Below are positions 9,572-18,765 of a stretch of DNA of 64,000 nucleotides, piece after piece. Each line of letters begins with the position of its first letter. The first letter of the stretch is position 1. Under the pieces are notes generated by a model that worked only from the letters and a program-made list of their open reading frames with translations, made no database searches and had not been told where the DNA came from. Origin of the DNA: an uncultured Chloroflexia bacterium (GTDB lineage Bacteria > Chloroflexota > Dehalococcoidia > DSTF01 > WHTK01); assembly GCA_963731765.1 (NCBI GenBank), contig CAVSWS010000018.1, forward strand, positions 67,440 through 131,439, in the 5' to 3' direction. The position numbers were made by a program, and so were the translations under genes.

Positions 9572-10852
9572 TCACTTCGGCAGTCTCTCTTCAATCGCCC
9601 TGGCGTGGGCGACGAGGCCCTCCGCTCGGGCGATGGTCGCGCCGGCGGGACCGAGGTCGAAGACGGCGTTGTCGTCCAGATCGATGACGGTGCTGAACTT
9701 GAGGAAGTCCTGGACGCTGAGGGGCGAGGCGAAGCGCGCGGCGCCACCGGTCGGCATGACGTGGCTGGGGCCGGCCGTGTAATCGCCGATCGCTTCGGGC
9801 GAGCCGTCGCCGATGAAGACACCGCCGGCGTTCTTTACCAGGGTCGCGAGCTGACGCGCGTCCTTCGAGAGGATGCAGAGGTGCTCCGGGCCGTACTCGC
9901 TCGCCAGGCCCACGGCCTCCTCGATGCTGTCGACGACGATGAAGCCGCCGCGATGCGTCAGGGCCGTGCGGGCGATGGCGCCTCGAGGCAGCAGCTCGAG
10001 GCGGTCTTCGACCTCGGCCACGACCTTCTCGGCGAGCTCACCCGAGCAGGTGATGAAGATGGGCGCCGCAAGCTCGTCGTGCTCGGCCTGCGCCAGGAGG
10101 TCGACGGCGCAGATCGCCGGGTCGGCGTCGACATCGGCGACCACGACGGTCTCGGTGGGGCCGTAGATAGAATCGACGCCGACATCGCCGTAGACGGCGC
10201 GCTTGGCCAGCGTGACGTAGATGTTGCCGGGTCCGACGATCTTGTCCACGCGCGGCACGGTCTGCGTGCCGTAGGCCAGAGCGGCGACAGCCTGGGCGCC
10301 GCTGCAGCAAAAGACGCGGTCGGCGCCGGCTATGGCAGCTGCCGCCAGCTTGACGTCCGGCACGCGACCATCCGGGGCTGCGGGGCTAACGACGATGACG
10401 TTCTCGACGCCGGCGACCTTCGCGGGCACCACCGTATGCAGGACCGAAGAGGGGTACGCCGGTTGGGTGCCAGGCGCGTAGAACCCCACCGTCTCGATTG
10501 CGCGCACCTGGACACCGAGGCCGTCATCGTCCACGTAGGACGCGAGGCATCGGCGTAGCTGGCGCGCGTGGTAGTTGTGCACACGGTCGGCGGCGAACTC
10601 GAGGGCGTTGCGCAGCGCCGGCTCGATGCGATTGACGGCGCCATCGATATCCGCGCGCGGCACTTCGAGGCCCTCGTAGGCGATCGGGCCATCAAAGCGC
10701 TCGGTGTAGCGTCGCACCGCCGGGTCACCTTCGGAGCGCACATCGGCGATGATGCGGCGCACGTTCTCCGCCGCCGCGGGGTCTTCGCCGATGGTGGAGC
10801 CGCGCTTGAGGATGGACGCTCGAGCGGCGTCGGCGCCGCGGATGATGTTCAT
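9572..10852 (-). CDS. hisD: histidinol dehydrogenase
   Basis: 'QAEHDE', 'GPTETVVVAD' and 'DYTAGPSHVMPTGG' are HisD signatures. Confidence 0.92.
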   Translation of the reverse strand: MNIIRGADAARASILKRGSTIGEDPAAAENVRRIIADVRSEGDPAVRRYTERFDGPIAYEGLEVPRADIDGAVNRIEPALRNALEFAADRVHNYHARQLRRCLASYVDDDGLGVQVRAIETVGFYAPGTQPAYPSSVLHTVVPAKVAGVENVIVVSPAAPDGRVPDVKLAAAAIAGADRVFCCSGAQAVAALAYGTQTVPRVDKIVGPGNIYVTLAKRAVYGDVGVDSIYGPTETVVVADVDADPAICAVDLLAQAEHDELAAPIFITCSGELAEKVVAEVEDRLELLPRGAIARTALTHRGGFIVVDSIEEAVGLASEYGPEHLCILSKDARQLATLVKNAGGVFIGDGSPEAIGDYTAGPSHVMPTGGAARFASPLSVQDFLKFSTVIDLDDNAVFDLGPAGATIARAEGLVAHARAIEERLPK

Positions 10853-10902
10853 GATTCCGTAGGTCCGATCTTGGAAGTCACGTTGTTCAGCTTAGCGGGA
10901 AG

Positions 10903-11085
10903 CTGGCATACGGGCATGCCGGGACAGAACCTGCCGAACGAGGGGCCTGAGTCCCGATCACGTCAGCAGCACGGTTGCGCGGCAAACCGGCGACAATGCC
11001 TGCGATCGTGGCAGCTAGCTGCTGAGCCTTCTGCCAGACCAGGACGCGAGTGAAGTCCTCGGCTCCCGCCATGCCCGTATGCTCC
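10903..11085. repeat. imperfect 19-21 bp inverted repeat pair enclosing about 140 nt between hisG and hisD
   Basis: Left arm 'ctggcatacgggcatgccggga' (10903-10924), right arm 'tcccgccatgcccgtatgctcc' (11064-11085), 18/19 complementary. A third partial 'gcccgtgc' copy lies at 11088. Confidence 0.6.
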
Positions 11086-11095
11086 TATGCCCGTG

Positions 11096-11977
11096 CTAGT
11101 CGATGATCTTGTTCAGGGGGTACTCGACGATGCCGTGGGCGCCGGCGCGCTTGAGCTGCGGCACGATGACGCGCACGACGTCCTCGTCGACGATGGTCGT
11201 GACCTCGCACCACTCGGGGTCGGAGAGCGAGTTCACCGTGGGCTTGTCGAGGGCCGGCAGGAGGTCGATCACCGCGGCGAGGTCGTCACGCTTCGTGTTG
11301 AGCGAGAGCCAGACCTTGCCCTCGGCAGCCATGACGGCGTTGAGCATGAGGGCGATGTCTTCGATCTTCTGGCGCTTCCAGGGGTCGTCCCACGCCTGAG
11401 GGCTGGCGATGAGGCGTGGCGTGCTCTGGATCAGGGTGTCGATGATGCGCAGGTTGTTGGCGCGAATCGAGCTACCCGTCTCGGTGGCGTCGACGATGGC
11501 GTCGCAGAGCAGGCCGGGCTTCACCTCCGTGGCGCCGAAGGAGTATTCGACGAGGGCGTGCACACCGTTCTTCTCGAGGAAATCGCGCGTCAGGTTGGTC
11601 AACTCGGTGGCGATGCGCTTGCCTTCGAGGTCTTTCACCGTCTGCACCGGCGAGTCGTCCGGCACGACGAAGACCCAGCGCGTAGGGCGCCTCGAGACCT
11701 TCGAGTACACCATCTCGGCTACTTCGACGACGTTGGCGCCGGTCTCCTGAATCCAGTCGTAGCCCGTGATGCCGGCGTCGATGATGCCGTCCTGCACGTA
11801 GCGGGGCTGCTCTTGAGGCCGGACGAGCATGCACTCGATTTCGGGGTCATCGACTGAAGGGAAGTAGGACCGCTCGCGGAGCACCATGTTGTAGCCGGCC
11901 TTACCGAAGAGGTCGACGGTGCCCTGCTGCAGGCTGCCGTTGGGGATGGCTAATCGGAGTGTCTTGCGTTCTGTCAT
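11096..11977 (-). CDS. hisG: ATP phosphoribosyltransferase, long form with C-terminal regulatory domain
   Basis: 'LRLAIPNGSLQQGTVDLFGKAGY' at the N-terminus; 293 aa is consistent with the HisG-long form; SD 'gaggag' upstream. Confidence 0.9.
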   Translation of the reverse strand: MTERKTLRLAIPNGSLQQGTVDLFGKAGYNMVLRERSYFPSVDDPEIECMLVRPQEQPRYVQDGIIDAGITGYDWIQETGANVVEVAEMVYSKVSRRPTRWVFVVPDDSPVQTVKDLEGKRIATELTNLTRDFLEKNGVHALVEYSFGATEVKPGLLCDAIVDATETGSSIRANNLRIIDTLIQSTPRLIASPQAWDDPWKRQKIEDIALMLNAVMAAEGKVWLSLNTKRDDLAAVIDLLPALDKPTVNSLSDPEWCEVTTIVDEDVVRVIVPQLKRAGAHGIVEYPLNKIID

Positions 11978-12204
11978 CTTGGAGCTCCTCTAGCGGACGA
12001 ACATCGTAGCCCCGGTCGCCGGGTTGCTCGATGGTTTCGTGTCAGATTCATGGGAAGGAAGGTGAGGCGCGCAGGCAAGCGCGCGATGCCGCTAGGGGCG
12101 ATGGTAGGGACAGAACGGCGTCAGATTCACGGCATCAAGCCTAGCACAGATACGAGCCGCGACCTATAGAAGCAGCACCAAGGAACAGGTACGAGCCCGG
12201 ACCC

Positions 12205-12612
12205 TTACGCCCTCGCTCGCTGGTCACGCGTTGCAGCGAGGTGACAGGTGTGACATAGCACTTCAAGGTTGGTCTGGTGGTTGAGGCAGGTGACGATGCG
12301 ATAGGACCCCTGCAGCGGCAAGATGTGGTTGACCTCCAACCGCAGCTCAGTGCGCGAATACCGGCGGCGGGCTTCGGGATCCTTGCGAATTTCGGAGGGC
12401 TTGAAGCCGCAGCGTTCGCAGGCCCATCGCGCGCGCCGCCGGGCGGCTCTGCGGGCGGCGAACCAGACGTGATTGCGCTCGAATTCGCGGGCGTGCTTGT
12501 CGGAGCAGAAGGCGGTGCGCCGGGGTGGGAGGTCAGCCCGACAGCTCGCAACCCGGCAGACCTTTTCAGTGAGATCGACGCAGGTCACAAACGACTGCCA
12601 TGTGTTAGCCAT
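12205..12612 (-). CDS. HNH endonuclease
   Basis: 'LEVNHILPL...NLEVLCHTCH' is an HNH motif with zinc-coordinating Cys/His. Start taken at MANTWQ (ATG at 12610-12612). Confidence 0.7.
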   Translation of the reverse strand: MANTWQSFVTCVDLTEKVCRVASCRADLPPRRTAFCSDKHAREFERNHVWFAARRAARRRARWACERCGFKPSEIRKDPEARRRYSRTELRLEVNHILPLQGSYRIVTCLNHQTNLEVLCHTCHLAATRDQRARA

Positions 12613-12704
12613 CTCGATGCCTGAGATCCTGATCCAGCCGCATTTCGCAAGGGACTGGTCTAATGGCCACTGCACTGCCTCGTCACCGAACGTATAATCT
12701 AACT

Positions 12705-14075
12705 ATGCGGAAGATAACGCTACCTCGGCGTCTCCTTGTGGGCCTCATGCTGATTTCGTTGGGGCTGATACTGGCTGCTTGCGGCAGCGACCAGCGAGCG
12801 GCCGGACAGGTCCATGTGCTCACCTGGAAGGGTGAAGTGAACCCCGTGATGGAGCGCTACATCAATCGCGGCATCGACACGGCCGAACGCTCGGACGCCG
12901 CCGCCGTGGTGATCAAGCTCGACACGCCGGGCGGTCTGGATAGCGCCATGCGCGACATCATCCAGCGCATCGAGTCATCCACCGTGCCCGTTATCGTTTA
13001 CGTGTCACCTTCGGGCGGGAGGGCAGCTTCCGCCGGCACCTTCATCACAATGGCCGGCCACGTAGCAGCGATGGCGCCGGCCACGACGATCGGGGCGGCC
13101 TCACCGATCAACTCGGACGGCAGCGACATCACCGGCACTCTGGGCACGAAGGTTACGAATGACGCCGTCGCCTACATCCGGGGCATCGCCGAGCTGCGGG
13201 GCCGTAACGCCGACTGGGCGGAGCAAGCCGTACGCAATGCCGTGGCGGTGAACCAGAACCAGGCCGTACAGCTGAACGTGGTGGACTTCGTGGCGACGAG
13301 CGTGAACGACGTGCTGGCCCAGGCAGACGGCCGACAGGTGCAGGTGGAGAACGCGAACGGCGATCCGGTCACGACGACCATCCATACCGCAAACGCGCCG
13401 GTCACAGACAACGGCCCGAACATCTTCGAGCAGTTCCTCTACACCATCGCGAACCCGAACATCGCCTTCCTGCTCCTGAGCCTGGGCGGCCTGGCGATCG
13501 TGGCTGAGATCTTTGCGCCACACGGCGTCTCAGGCATCTTTGGCGCCATCGCCATCGTGCTGGCGTTCTTCGCCCTCGGCTCTCTGCCCACAAACTGGGC
13601 CGGTGTTGGGCTCGTCGCCTTCGGGTTGGCGCTGCTGGTGGCGGAGGTGTTTGTCGCCGGCTTCGGGGTGCTCGGGATTGGGGGCATCATCGCGATTGCC
13701 TTCGGAGGCTTGATCCTCACCGGCAGCAGCGAGACGGGGTTCCAGGTATCGCGCTGGGTCATCGGCGCATTTGCCGTGACGGCCGGCGTGATGGTGCTAG
13801 GGCTGGGCGGGATGATCCTCAAGGCGAGGCGCATGCCGATCCATAGTGGGAGACCGTCGTTCGTCGGGGCCAAGGGCACGACCCGGACTCAGCTATCGCC
13901 GAGGGGCGCTGTACTGGTCAACGGCGAGCGCTGGGACGCCATCACCGAAGACGGTGAGCTTATCGAGGACGACACGCCGATCATCGTTACCCGCTCCGAG
14001 GGGTTCATGCTTTATGTGAAGCGAGACCCTGCTTTCGTGAAGCTGTTGCCGGCAGCACACGTCCCGGAGGCTTGA
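12705..14075 (+). CDS. NfeD-family membrane-bound ClpP-class serine protease
   Basis: N-terminal signal/lipobox-like 'LILAAC', a ClpP-like periplasmic domain ('VIVYVSPSGGRAASAGTFI'), central TM helices and a C-terminal NfeD OB-fold. Confidence 0.8.
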   Translation: MRKITLPRRLLVGLMLISLGLILAACGSDQRAAGQVHVLTWKGEVNPVMERYINRGIDTAERSDAAAVVIKLDTPGGLDSAMRDIIQRIESSTVPVIVYVSPSGGRAASAGTFITMAGHVAAMAPATTIGAASPINSDGSDITGTLGTKVTNDAVAYIRGIAELRGRNADWAEQAVRNAVAVNQNQAVQLNVVDFVATSVNDVLAQADGRQVQVENANGDPVTTTIHTANAPVTDNGPNIFEQFLYTIANPNIAFLLLSLGGLAIVAEIFAPHGVSGIFGAIAIVLAFFALGSLPTNWAGVGLVAFGLALLVAEVFVAGFGVLGIGGIIAIAFGGLILTGSSETGFQVSRWVIGAFAVTAGVMVLGLGGMILKARRMPIHSGRPSFVGAKGTTRTQLSPRGAVLVNGERWDAITEDGELIEDDTPIIVTRSEGFMLYVKRDPAFVKLLPAAHVPEA

Positions 14076-14524
14076 TGGCGCGGCTGGAGCTGCGGCTGTT
14101 CATCCGCGCCACGCCTGACCGCGTCTGGGAGGTGATCAGCGACCTTCCCGGCCAGAAGCGCTGGATGGCCGACCTGCGCAGCCTCAAGATCACGAGCGAG
14201 GTCGAGAGCGGGCTCGGCGCCGAGATCGACGTGACGAGCGAGCTTTTCGGCCTGCCGCTGGTCAAGGACAAGATGCTGATCACCGCCTGGGAGCCGCCGT
14301 ATCGATTCGACGTGAAGCACGTCGGCGCCTTCACCGGCTGGGGCTCATTCCTGCTGGAGCCCGTGCCCAGCGGCACCGTCTTCACCTGGATCGAGGAGTT
14401 CAAGCCGCCGCTGGGGAAGCTGGGCGAGCTCGGGTTCTCGATGTCGGTGGGGCCGCACCTGCGCAAGGTGTTCCGGCGATCCATGGACAACGTGCGGTTG
14501 CTGGCGGAGGGCGCTGCCGCCTGA
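14072..14524 (+). CDS. SRPBCC-family (polyketide cyclase/START-like) protein
   Basis: 'IRATPDRVWEVISDL' is the Bet-v1-like fold signature; start overlaps the upstream stop. Confidence 0.7.
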   Translation: MMARLELRLFIRATPDRVWEVISDLPGQKRWMADLRSLKITSEVESGLGAEIDVTSELFGLPLVKDKMLITAWEPPYRFDVKHVGAFTGWGSFLLEPVPSGTVFTWIEEFKPPLGKLGELGFSMSVGPHLRKVFRRSMDNVRLLAEGAAA

Positions 14525-14866
14525 TCGCTGCCGCATCAAGCGCTTCATCGTCCTTCGAGAGCATCAAAGGAATCGGTGTTGAGCGAGCGTCATTGCGAGG
14601 TCCGACGGAAGGAGGGCCGTGGCAATCTCACGGATGGTGCGGGGTTTCATACGCTGATCGGTCGAGCGCTAATCGCGAGGTCGGCCGACGATGCGAGATT
14701 GCTTCGTCGGCGCTACGCCTCCTCGCAATGACCGAGTGAGAAGGCTTGGCTTCCCGCCAGAGAGTCGTCGGGACATGCGCGATGAGGCCGCGGCATATCA
14801 GGACGCCGAGGTGAGGACACTTTTTGACTACACAATCCAAGACACGGGCTAAGACACGGGGCTTGT

Positions 14867-15283
14867 TTAGTAAGTGATTAGCTCCAGGAGGTTGCCGTCG
14901 GGGTCGCGGGTGTAGAGGCTGACGCCTGTGGCGGTGCCGGTGTCTTTGCCGCCGACGCGGCTGACTGGGCCTTCGATGACCTCGCCGCCGGCCGATTCGA
15001 TCAGCGCTCTGGCTTCTTCGACGGTGCCGTCCCAGACGAAGCAGAAGTCGCCGCACCCGGGCACGGCGGTTGGGCCTCGCAGGGTGAACTTCTCGTTCTG
15101 CCAGACGGCTGGTGGGTGGACGTTGATCTTGTTGTCGCCGAACGCGAGGGAGAAGGCTCGGCCTGTACCAGCGCGCCACTCCGCTTCGCCGACCACCGAG
15201 AAGCCGAGGCGCTTATAGAACGCGATCATGTCTTCGGGCTTTGCGGTGGGAATTGCGGAGTGATCGAACGAGACGATGGTCAT
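14867..15283 (-). CDS. VOC-family (glyoxalase/bleomycin-resistance) protein
   Basis: 138 aa with paired βαβββ modules, 'DHSAIPTAKPEDMIAFYKRLGF'. Confidence 0.75.
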   Translation of the reverse strand: MTIVSFDHSAIPTAKPEDMIAFYKRLGFSVVGEAEWRAGTGRAFSLAFGDNKINVHPPAVWQNEKFTLRGPTAVPGCGDFCFVWDGTVEEARALIESAGGEVIEGPVSRVGGKDTGTATGVSLYTRDPDGNLLELITY

Positions 15284-15296
15284 GGTCTTGCCTCCC

Positions 15297-16127
15297 TTAT
15301 GGGGACGTGCCGTTGAGGCTGACGTCGCCGGCTTCTACCGTCACATGACGCCCGTCCGGCGTCTCGATGACCAGGGCGCCGTCCTCGCGCACGTCGATGG
15401 CGCGGCCCTGGATGTCTTCCCGGGTACCGTGGGCGGTGACTTCGGCGCCCAGCGTGAGCAGGCGCGACTTCCAGGCCTGGAACGGAGCGGTGCTGCCGGA
15501 CTTGGCTTCTTCCCAGCGCGCCTCGAAGTGATTGCAGAAGGCGCCGAGCACGGCCTCTCGAGCCACCTCAAAGCCAAGCTCGTCCTTGATGCTGGTGGCG
15601 ATGTCGGCGATCTCCGGGTGGCCGTCGGGGTCGAGGTTGACGTTGATGCCCACGCCTACCAGCGCGACCATCTCGCCCGCCTCTGTCTCCGTCGTCTCAA
15701 TCAACTCACCAGCGACTTTCTTACCGTTGATGAACACGTCGTTGGGCCACTTGAGGAGCACTCGCAGGTCGCCACCGCTGGCGGCCGCGATGTCCTCGAT
15801 CGCCTCGGCGATGGCCAAGGGCGTGACATGCGCCAGGGGACGGGGGTCCTCGACGGGGTAGAGCGCGAGGGTGAAGTAGAGGTTGACGTCGGCGGGTGAC
15901 ACCCACTGGCGCCCCGAGCGGCCGCGGCCGGCGGTCTGGGTTTCGGCGAGGATGATGGTGCCGTTGGGCGAACGCCAGCGCTGCAGCATGTGGCGCGCAT
16001 CGTCCTGGGTCGATTCGGTGTAGGGACGGTACTGGAAGCGCCGGCCGACGTAATCGGTGTGGAGGCTCCAGGAGAAGTATGGCTTCGAGAACAGAGGCAG
16101 CGTCTCGAAGTCCATTTCGTCCATCAT
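15297..16127 (-). CDS. birA: biotin--[acetyl-CoA-carboxylase] ligase (no N-terminal HTH)
   Basis: 'GRRFQYRPYTESTQDDAR...ILAETQTAGRGRSGRQWVSP' carries the BPL 'GRGRxGR' catalytic motif. Start placed at MMDEMDF; the ORF-track start 16265 is also possible. Confidence 0.75.
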   Translation of the reverse strand: MMDEMDFETLPLFSKPYFSWSLHTDYVGRRFQYRPYTESTQDDARHMLQRWRSPNGTIILAETQTAGRGRSGRQWVSPADVNLYFTLALYPVEDPRPLAHVTPLAIAEAIEDIAAASGGDLRVLLKWPNDVFINGKKVAGELIETTETEAGEMVALVGVGINVNLDPDGHPEIADIATSIKDELGFEVAREAVLGAFCNHFEARWEEAKSGSTAPFQAWKSRLLTLGAEVTAHGTREDIQGRAIDVREDGALVIETPDGRHVTVEAGDVSLNGTSP

Positions 16128-16507
16128 GCGACGGAAGCGTTCGAAGTAGGACTCTGACAAGCTTTGCTGCGACCTATCCAGCCGGAAGTGAGTTTCCGGA
16201 TGCCTGATTATATGCCCGTTGGGGGAACAAGCGACCGCCCCGGCTCTCGGAACCGGGGCGGTCATTTTATCGTCCGTTAGGACTTTGAGTTGCCAGGCAG
16301 ATCGCCCGGCACACGCCTAATAACTAGGCCTCGATACCTCGATACATAGAAATCAGGCGGATGGCCAGGCTATCTGCCTTGCAACGTTGATGATCCATCC
16401 GCATCACCTCCTTTCCTGAGGCAGATAGTAGCAACGCATGCGAGCCTCGTCAATCTGGTAATCGTGGTATTCAGTTAATCCTTCATCGGCGTGGGATAAT
16501 CGCCGGC

Positions 16508-16870
16508 ATGGCCGCCCCGCTGTACCCCATTACTGTCTCCGGCCCCTTCGGTCAGTACACCATCGAAGCCGTCGTGGACCCCGATGCGACTTTCAGCAGC
16601 ATCCCGATGCCGGCCCTCATCGAGATGGGCATCGAGGCGCATCGGTTGGTGCGCGTGGAGACGCCGGATGGCCGGCCAGACTTCCGCCAGCTCGGGCGAG
16701 CGCTGACGAGCGTGGGCGGCCAGGAGGACATCGCGCCCGTGCTGTTCGGAGATCCCGGAGAGCCCGCGGTGATCGGCGCTACGACGCTGACCATCCTCCT
16801 CCTGCGCTGGGACGCTGCCACGGGCCAAATGCTGCCGGTTGAGGCGAAAAGAGGGTCGGTATCCGACTGA
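16508..16870 (+). CDS. retropepsin-like (clan AA) aspartic peptidase domain protein, degenerate active site
   Basis: 'YTIEAVVDPDATFSSIP' resembles the bacterial retropepsin 'DTGAS' block but with DPDA. An extended -10-like 'TGGGATAAT' lies 8 nt before the ATG. Confidence 0.5.
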   Translation: MAAPLYPITVSGPFGQYTIEAVVDPDATFSSIPMPALIEMGIEAHRLVRVETPDGRPDFRQLGRALTSVGGQEDIAPVLFGDPGEPAVIGATTLTILLLRWDAATGQMLPVEAKRGSVSD

Positions 16871-16938
16871 AAAGCGCCCTCGGAGTGTTCTTCGCGGCGG
16901 CCGCAACGCATAACATCTCCGCGAGAACCTTCCCATGA

Positions 16939-17886
16939 ATGGGTGACCACAAAGAGGAGAACTCGATGCCTGAGCTTTTCGACTTCCACACGCACATCCG
17001 CCCGCCCTGGTGGGAAGGCGCCACGAACGCGTCGGCGGCCGGCTTGAGCCCGGGTTCCGGCGATCGTGTCGCCCGCATGATCGACATCGACCGGATGATC
17101 GAGGAGTCGCGCAACGCCGGCATCGCCCATCGTGCACTCTCCGCGGGCGTGGAGGGTGTCTACGGCTCGGATGCAGACGTGCCATCGAGCGAGGTACGGC
17201 GCGTCAACGAGTTCACGGCCGAGGCAGTGGCGAAGGACGCTGACCTGTTCTTCGGCCTCGCAACGGTTGATGCGTACAAGGGCGATGAGGGGGCGAAGGA
17301 GGCCGAGTATGCCGTACGACAGCTCGGGCTGCACGGGCTCTTCCTCGACGCTCAGCGCCACGGCGTTTACCCGGGCGCTCCGGAAGCTCGGCCCACGCTT
17401 GCCCTGGCGGCCGAGCTCCACGTGCCGGTGTTCGTCCATCCGGTTTGGGCGCCCGACGACGCCGTCTTCCGGTCGGCGGGCGGCACAGCGGGCGGCTCGT
17501 TCGGACGCGGCGTGACAAATGGCCTTGCCGCGCTCTCGCTGCTGCACGCCGGCGTGTTCGAGGAGTTCCCTGACCTGGACATCCTGATCACGGCCTACGG
17601 CGCCGGCGCCATCCTGTTCGCGGCGGACGCGTTGAGCGAGTACAAGCAGGCTCACGGCACGAGTCCGCGACTGTACATGGACACGCTGACTTTCCACCCG
17701 CCAACGCTGCGCTATGCCGTCGATGCACTGGGCATCGACCGGGTGATGATGGGCAGCGACTGGCCGATCCGGCTCGACGCCTACGCCGACAAGGTGACGG
17801 CCGCCTTCGACGCCGCGGGGTTCACATCGGAGGAGCAGGACCTTATCGGCTCCGGCAACGCGCGGCGTTTGTTCGGGCTCGAATAG
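16939..17886 (+). CDS. amidohydrolase-2 family metal-dependent hydrolase
   Basis: 'DFHTHI' N-terminal metal site and 'GSDWPI' C-terminal motif; SD 'aggaga'. Confidence 0.75.
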   Translation: MGDHKEENSMPELFDFHTHIRPPWWEGATNASAAGLSPGSGDRVARMIDIDRMIEESRNAGIAHRALSAGVEGVYGSDADVPSSEVRRVNEFTAEAVAKDADLFFGLATVDAYKGDEGAKEAEYAVRQLGLHGLFLDAQRHGVYPGAPEARPTLALAAELHVPVFVHPVWAPDDAVFRSAGGTAGGSFGRGVTNGLAALSLLHAGVFEEFPDLDILITAYGAGAILFAADALSEYKQAHGTSPRLYMDTLTFHPPTLRYAVDALGIDRVMMGSDWPIRLDAYADKVTAAFDAAGFTSEEQDLIGSGNARRLFGLE

Positions 17887-18004
17887 GGCTGCTTGTAAGT
17901 GGACGATTCGAGCTCATGCGGCAAGCTGCCTTGGCAGCGCAGACCGGGCCGCCTGAATAAGCGGACGAGCGAGCCAGATCGCGAACAGTGAGACAATGTG
18001 AGCC

Positions 18005-18251
18005 ATGATGGCAACTGATTTCGACTGGAAAGTCGCGCATCAACATCGATCCTGCCATCATGCATGGCGGCCAGTGATCAAGGGGCGACGTGTGCGGTCG
18101 AGATGATTGTGGGCGCTCTTGCTGGCCGGCGACGAGCATCGAGGAGGTGTGCCGGAGCTTACATGACTGACCGAGGACGGACGTTCGGGCCGCTCTCTCT
18201 TATGCCGCTTACGTCCTGGCCGACGAAGTGGTTCATGCGCTTCCTGGTTGA
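18005..18251 (+). pseudogene. DUF433-family (putative antitoxin) gene remnant with at least four frameshifts
   Basis: The DUF433 consensus can be read only by splicing three frames: IDPAIMHGGQ | PVIKGRRVRV | EMIVGALAG | ATSIEEVCRS | DVRAALSYAAYVLADEV. It ends at TGA 18249-18251, overlapping the DUF5615 start. Confidence 0.55.
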
Positions 18252-18565
18252 CGAGAACCTCTCGCCGAAGGACGTTGCCGATATCCTGGCGACCCGAGGC
18301 GCTGATGTCATCGACGTCGCGGCTCCCCATCCAGCTGGCGCGGAAGTACAGATCCAGGTGCTGCACGACGTTGGCAGCCAGAGAGTCACGCATCATGATC
18401 ACGAGAGACTTGGACTTCCCGTTGCAGCGAGCAGGTACCCCGCCTGGCATTGATCCTTCTGCGAATACCCGACACCTACCGACGCTCCCAGATACGGGAG
18501 TTTTTCGAACTCTTCGCGGGACATCGTCCCAGACTTCGACAGCGATTGGCGGGAAGATCACGTGA
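18235..18565 (+). pseudogene. DUF5615-family (PIN-like, putative toxin) gene remnant, frameshifted
   Basis: 'MRFLVDENLSPKDVADILATRGADVIDV' is the canonical DUF5615 N-terminus. The expected 'ILLTxDKDF' block ('RIMITRDLDF') lies in another frame (ORF 18248-18565). Confidence 0.55.
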
Positions 18566-18765
18566 GCGCAGTGATTGCACCAGGTCGAGAGCCGAGAACC
18601 AGACTTCCTTGCCGGCAACACTGAAGCCGAACCAGGGTTCCGGGCAACCGGAGCTCGATTCGGCTCCTCTGCTGTCCAAATCTTGACAGCTGGTGTCAGT
18701 AGTCAGCGGTCGACGCGACTGCCAAGCCACACGGATGTTCTCCGGCATGGGATAATGATTTCCTC

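Noticed and set aside
8341-9822. 493-aa ORF suggesting hisC has a 117-aa N-terminal extension
   Set aside because: The extension (MSSSATARPKRSA...) is low-complexity Ser/Pro/Arg typical of an open wrong-phase stretch in high-GC DNA. The aminotransferase begins cleanly at MTPSPSG (ATG 9472-9474) after a structured intergenic element.
10887-11072. 61-aa minus-strand ORF inside the hisG-hisD gap
   Set aside because: It has no SD, and its span coincides with the inverted-repeat-bounded non-coding element. It is more likely structural RNA or an insertion remnant than a protein.
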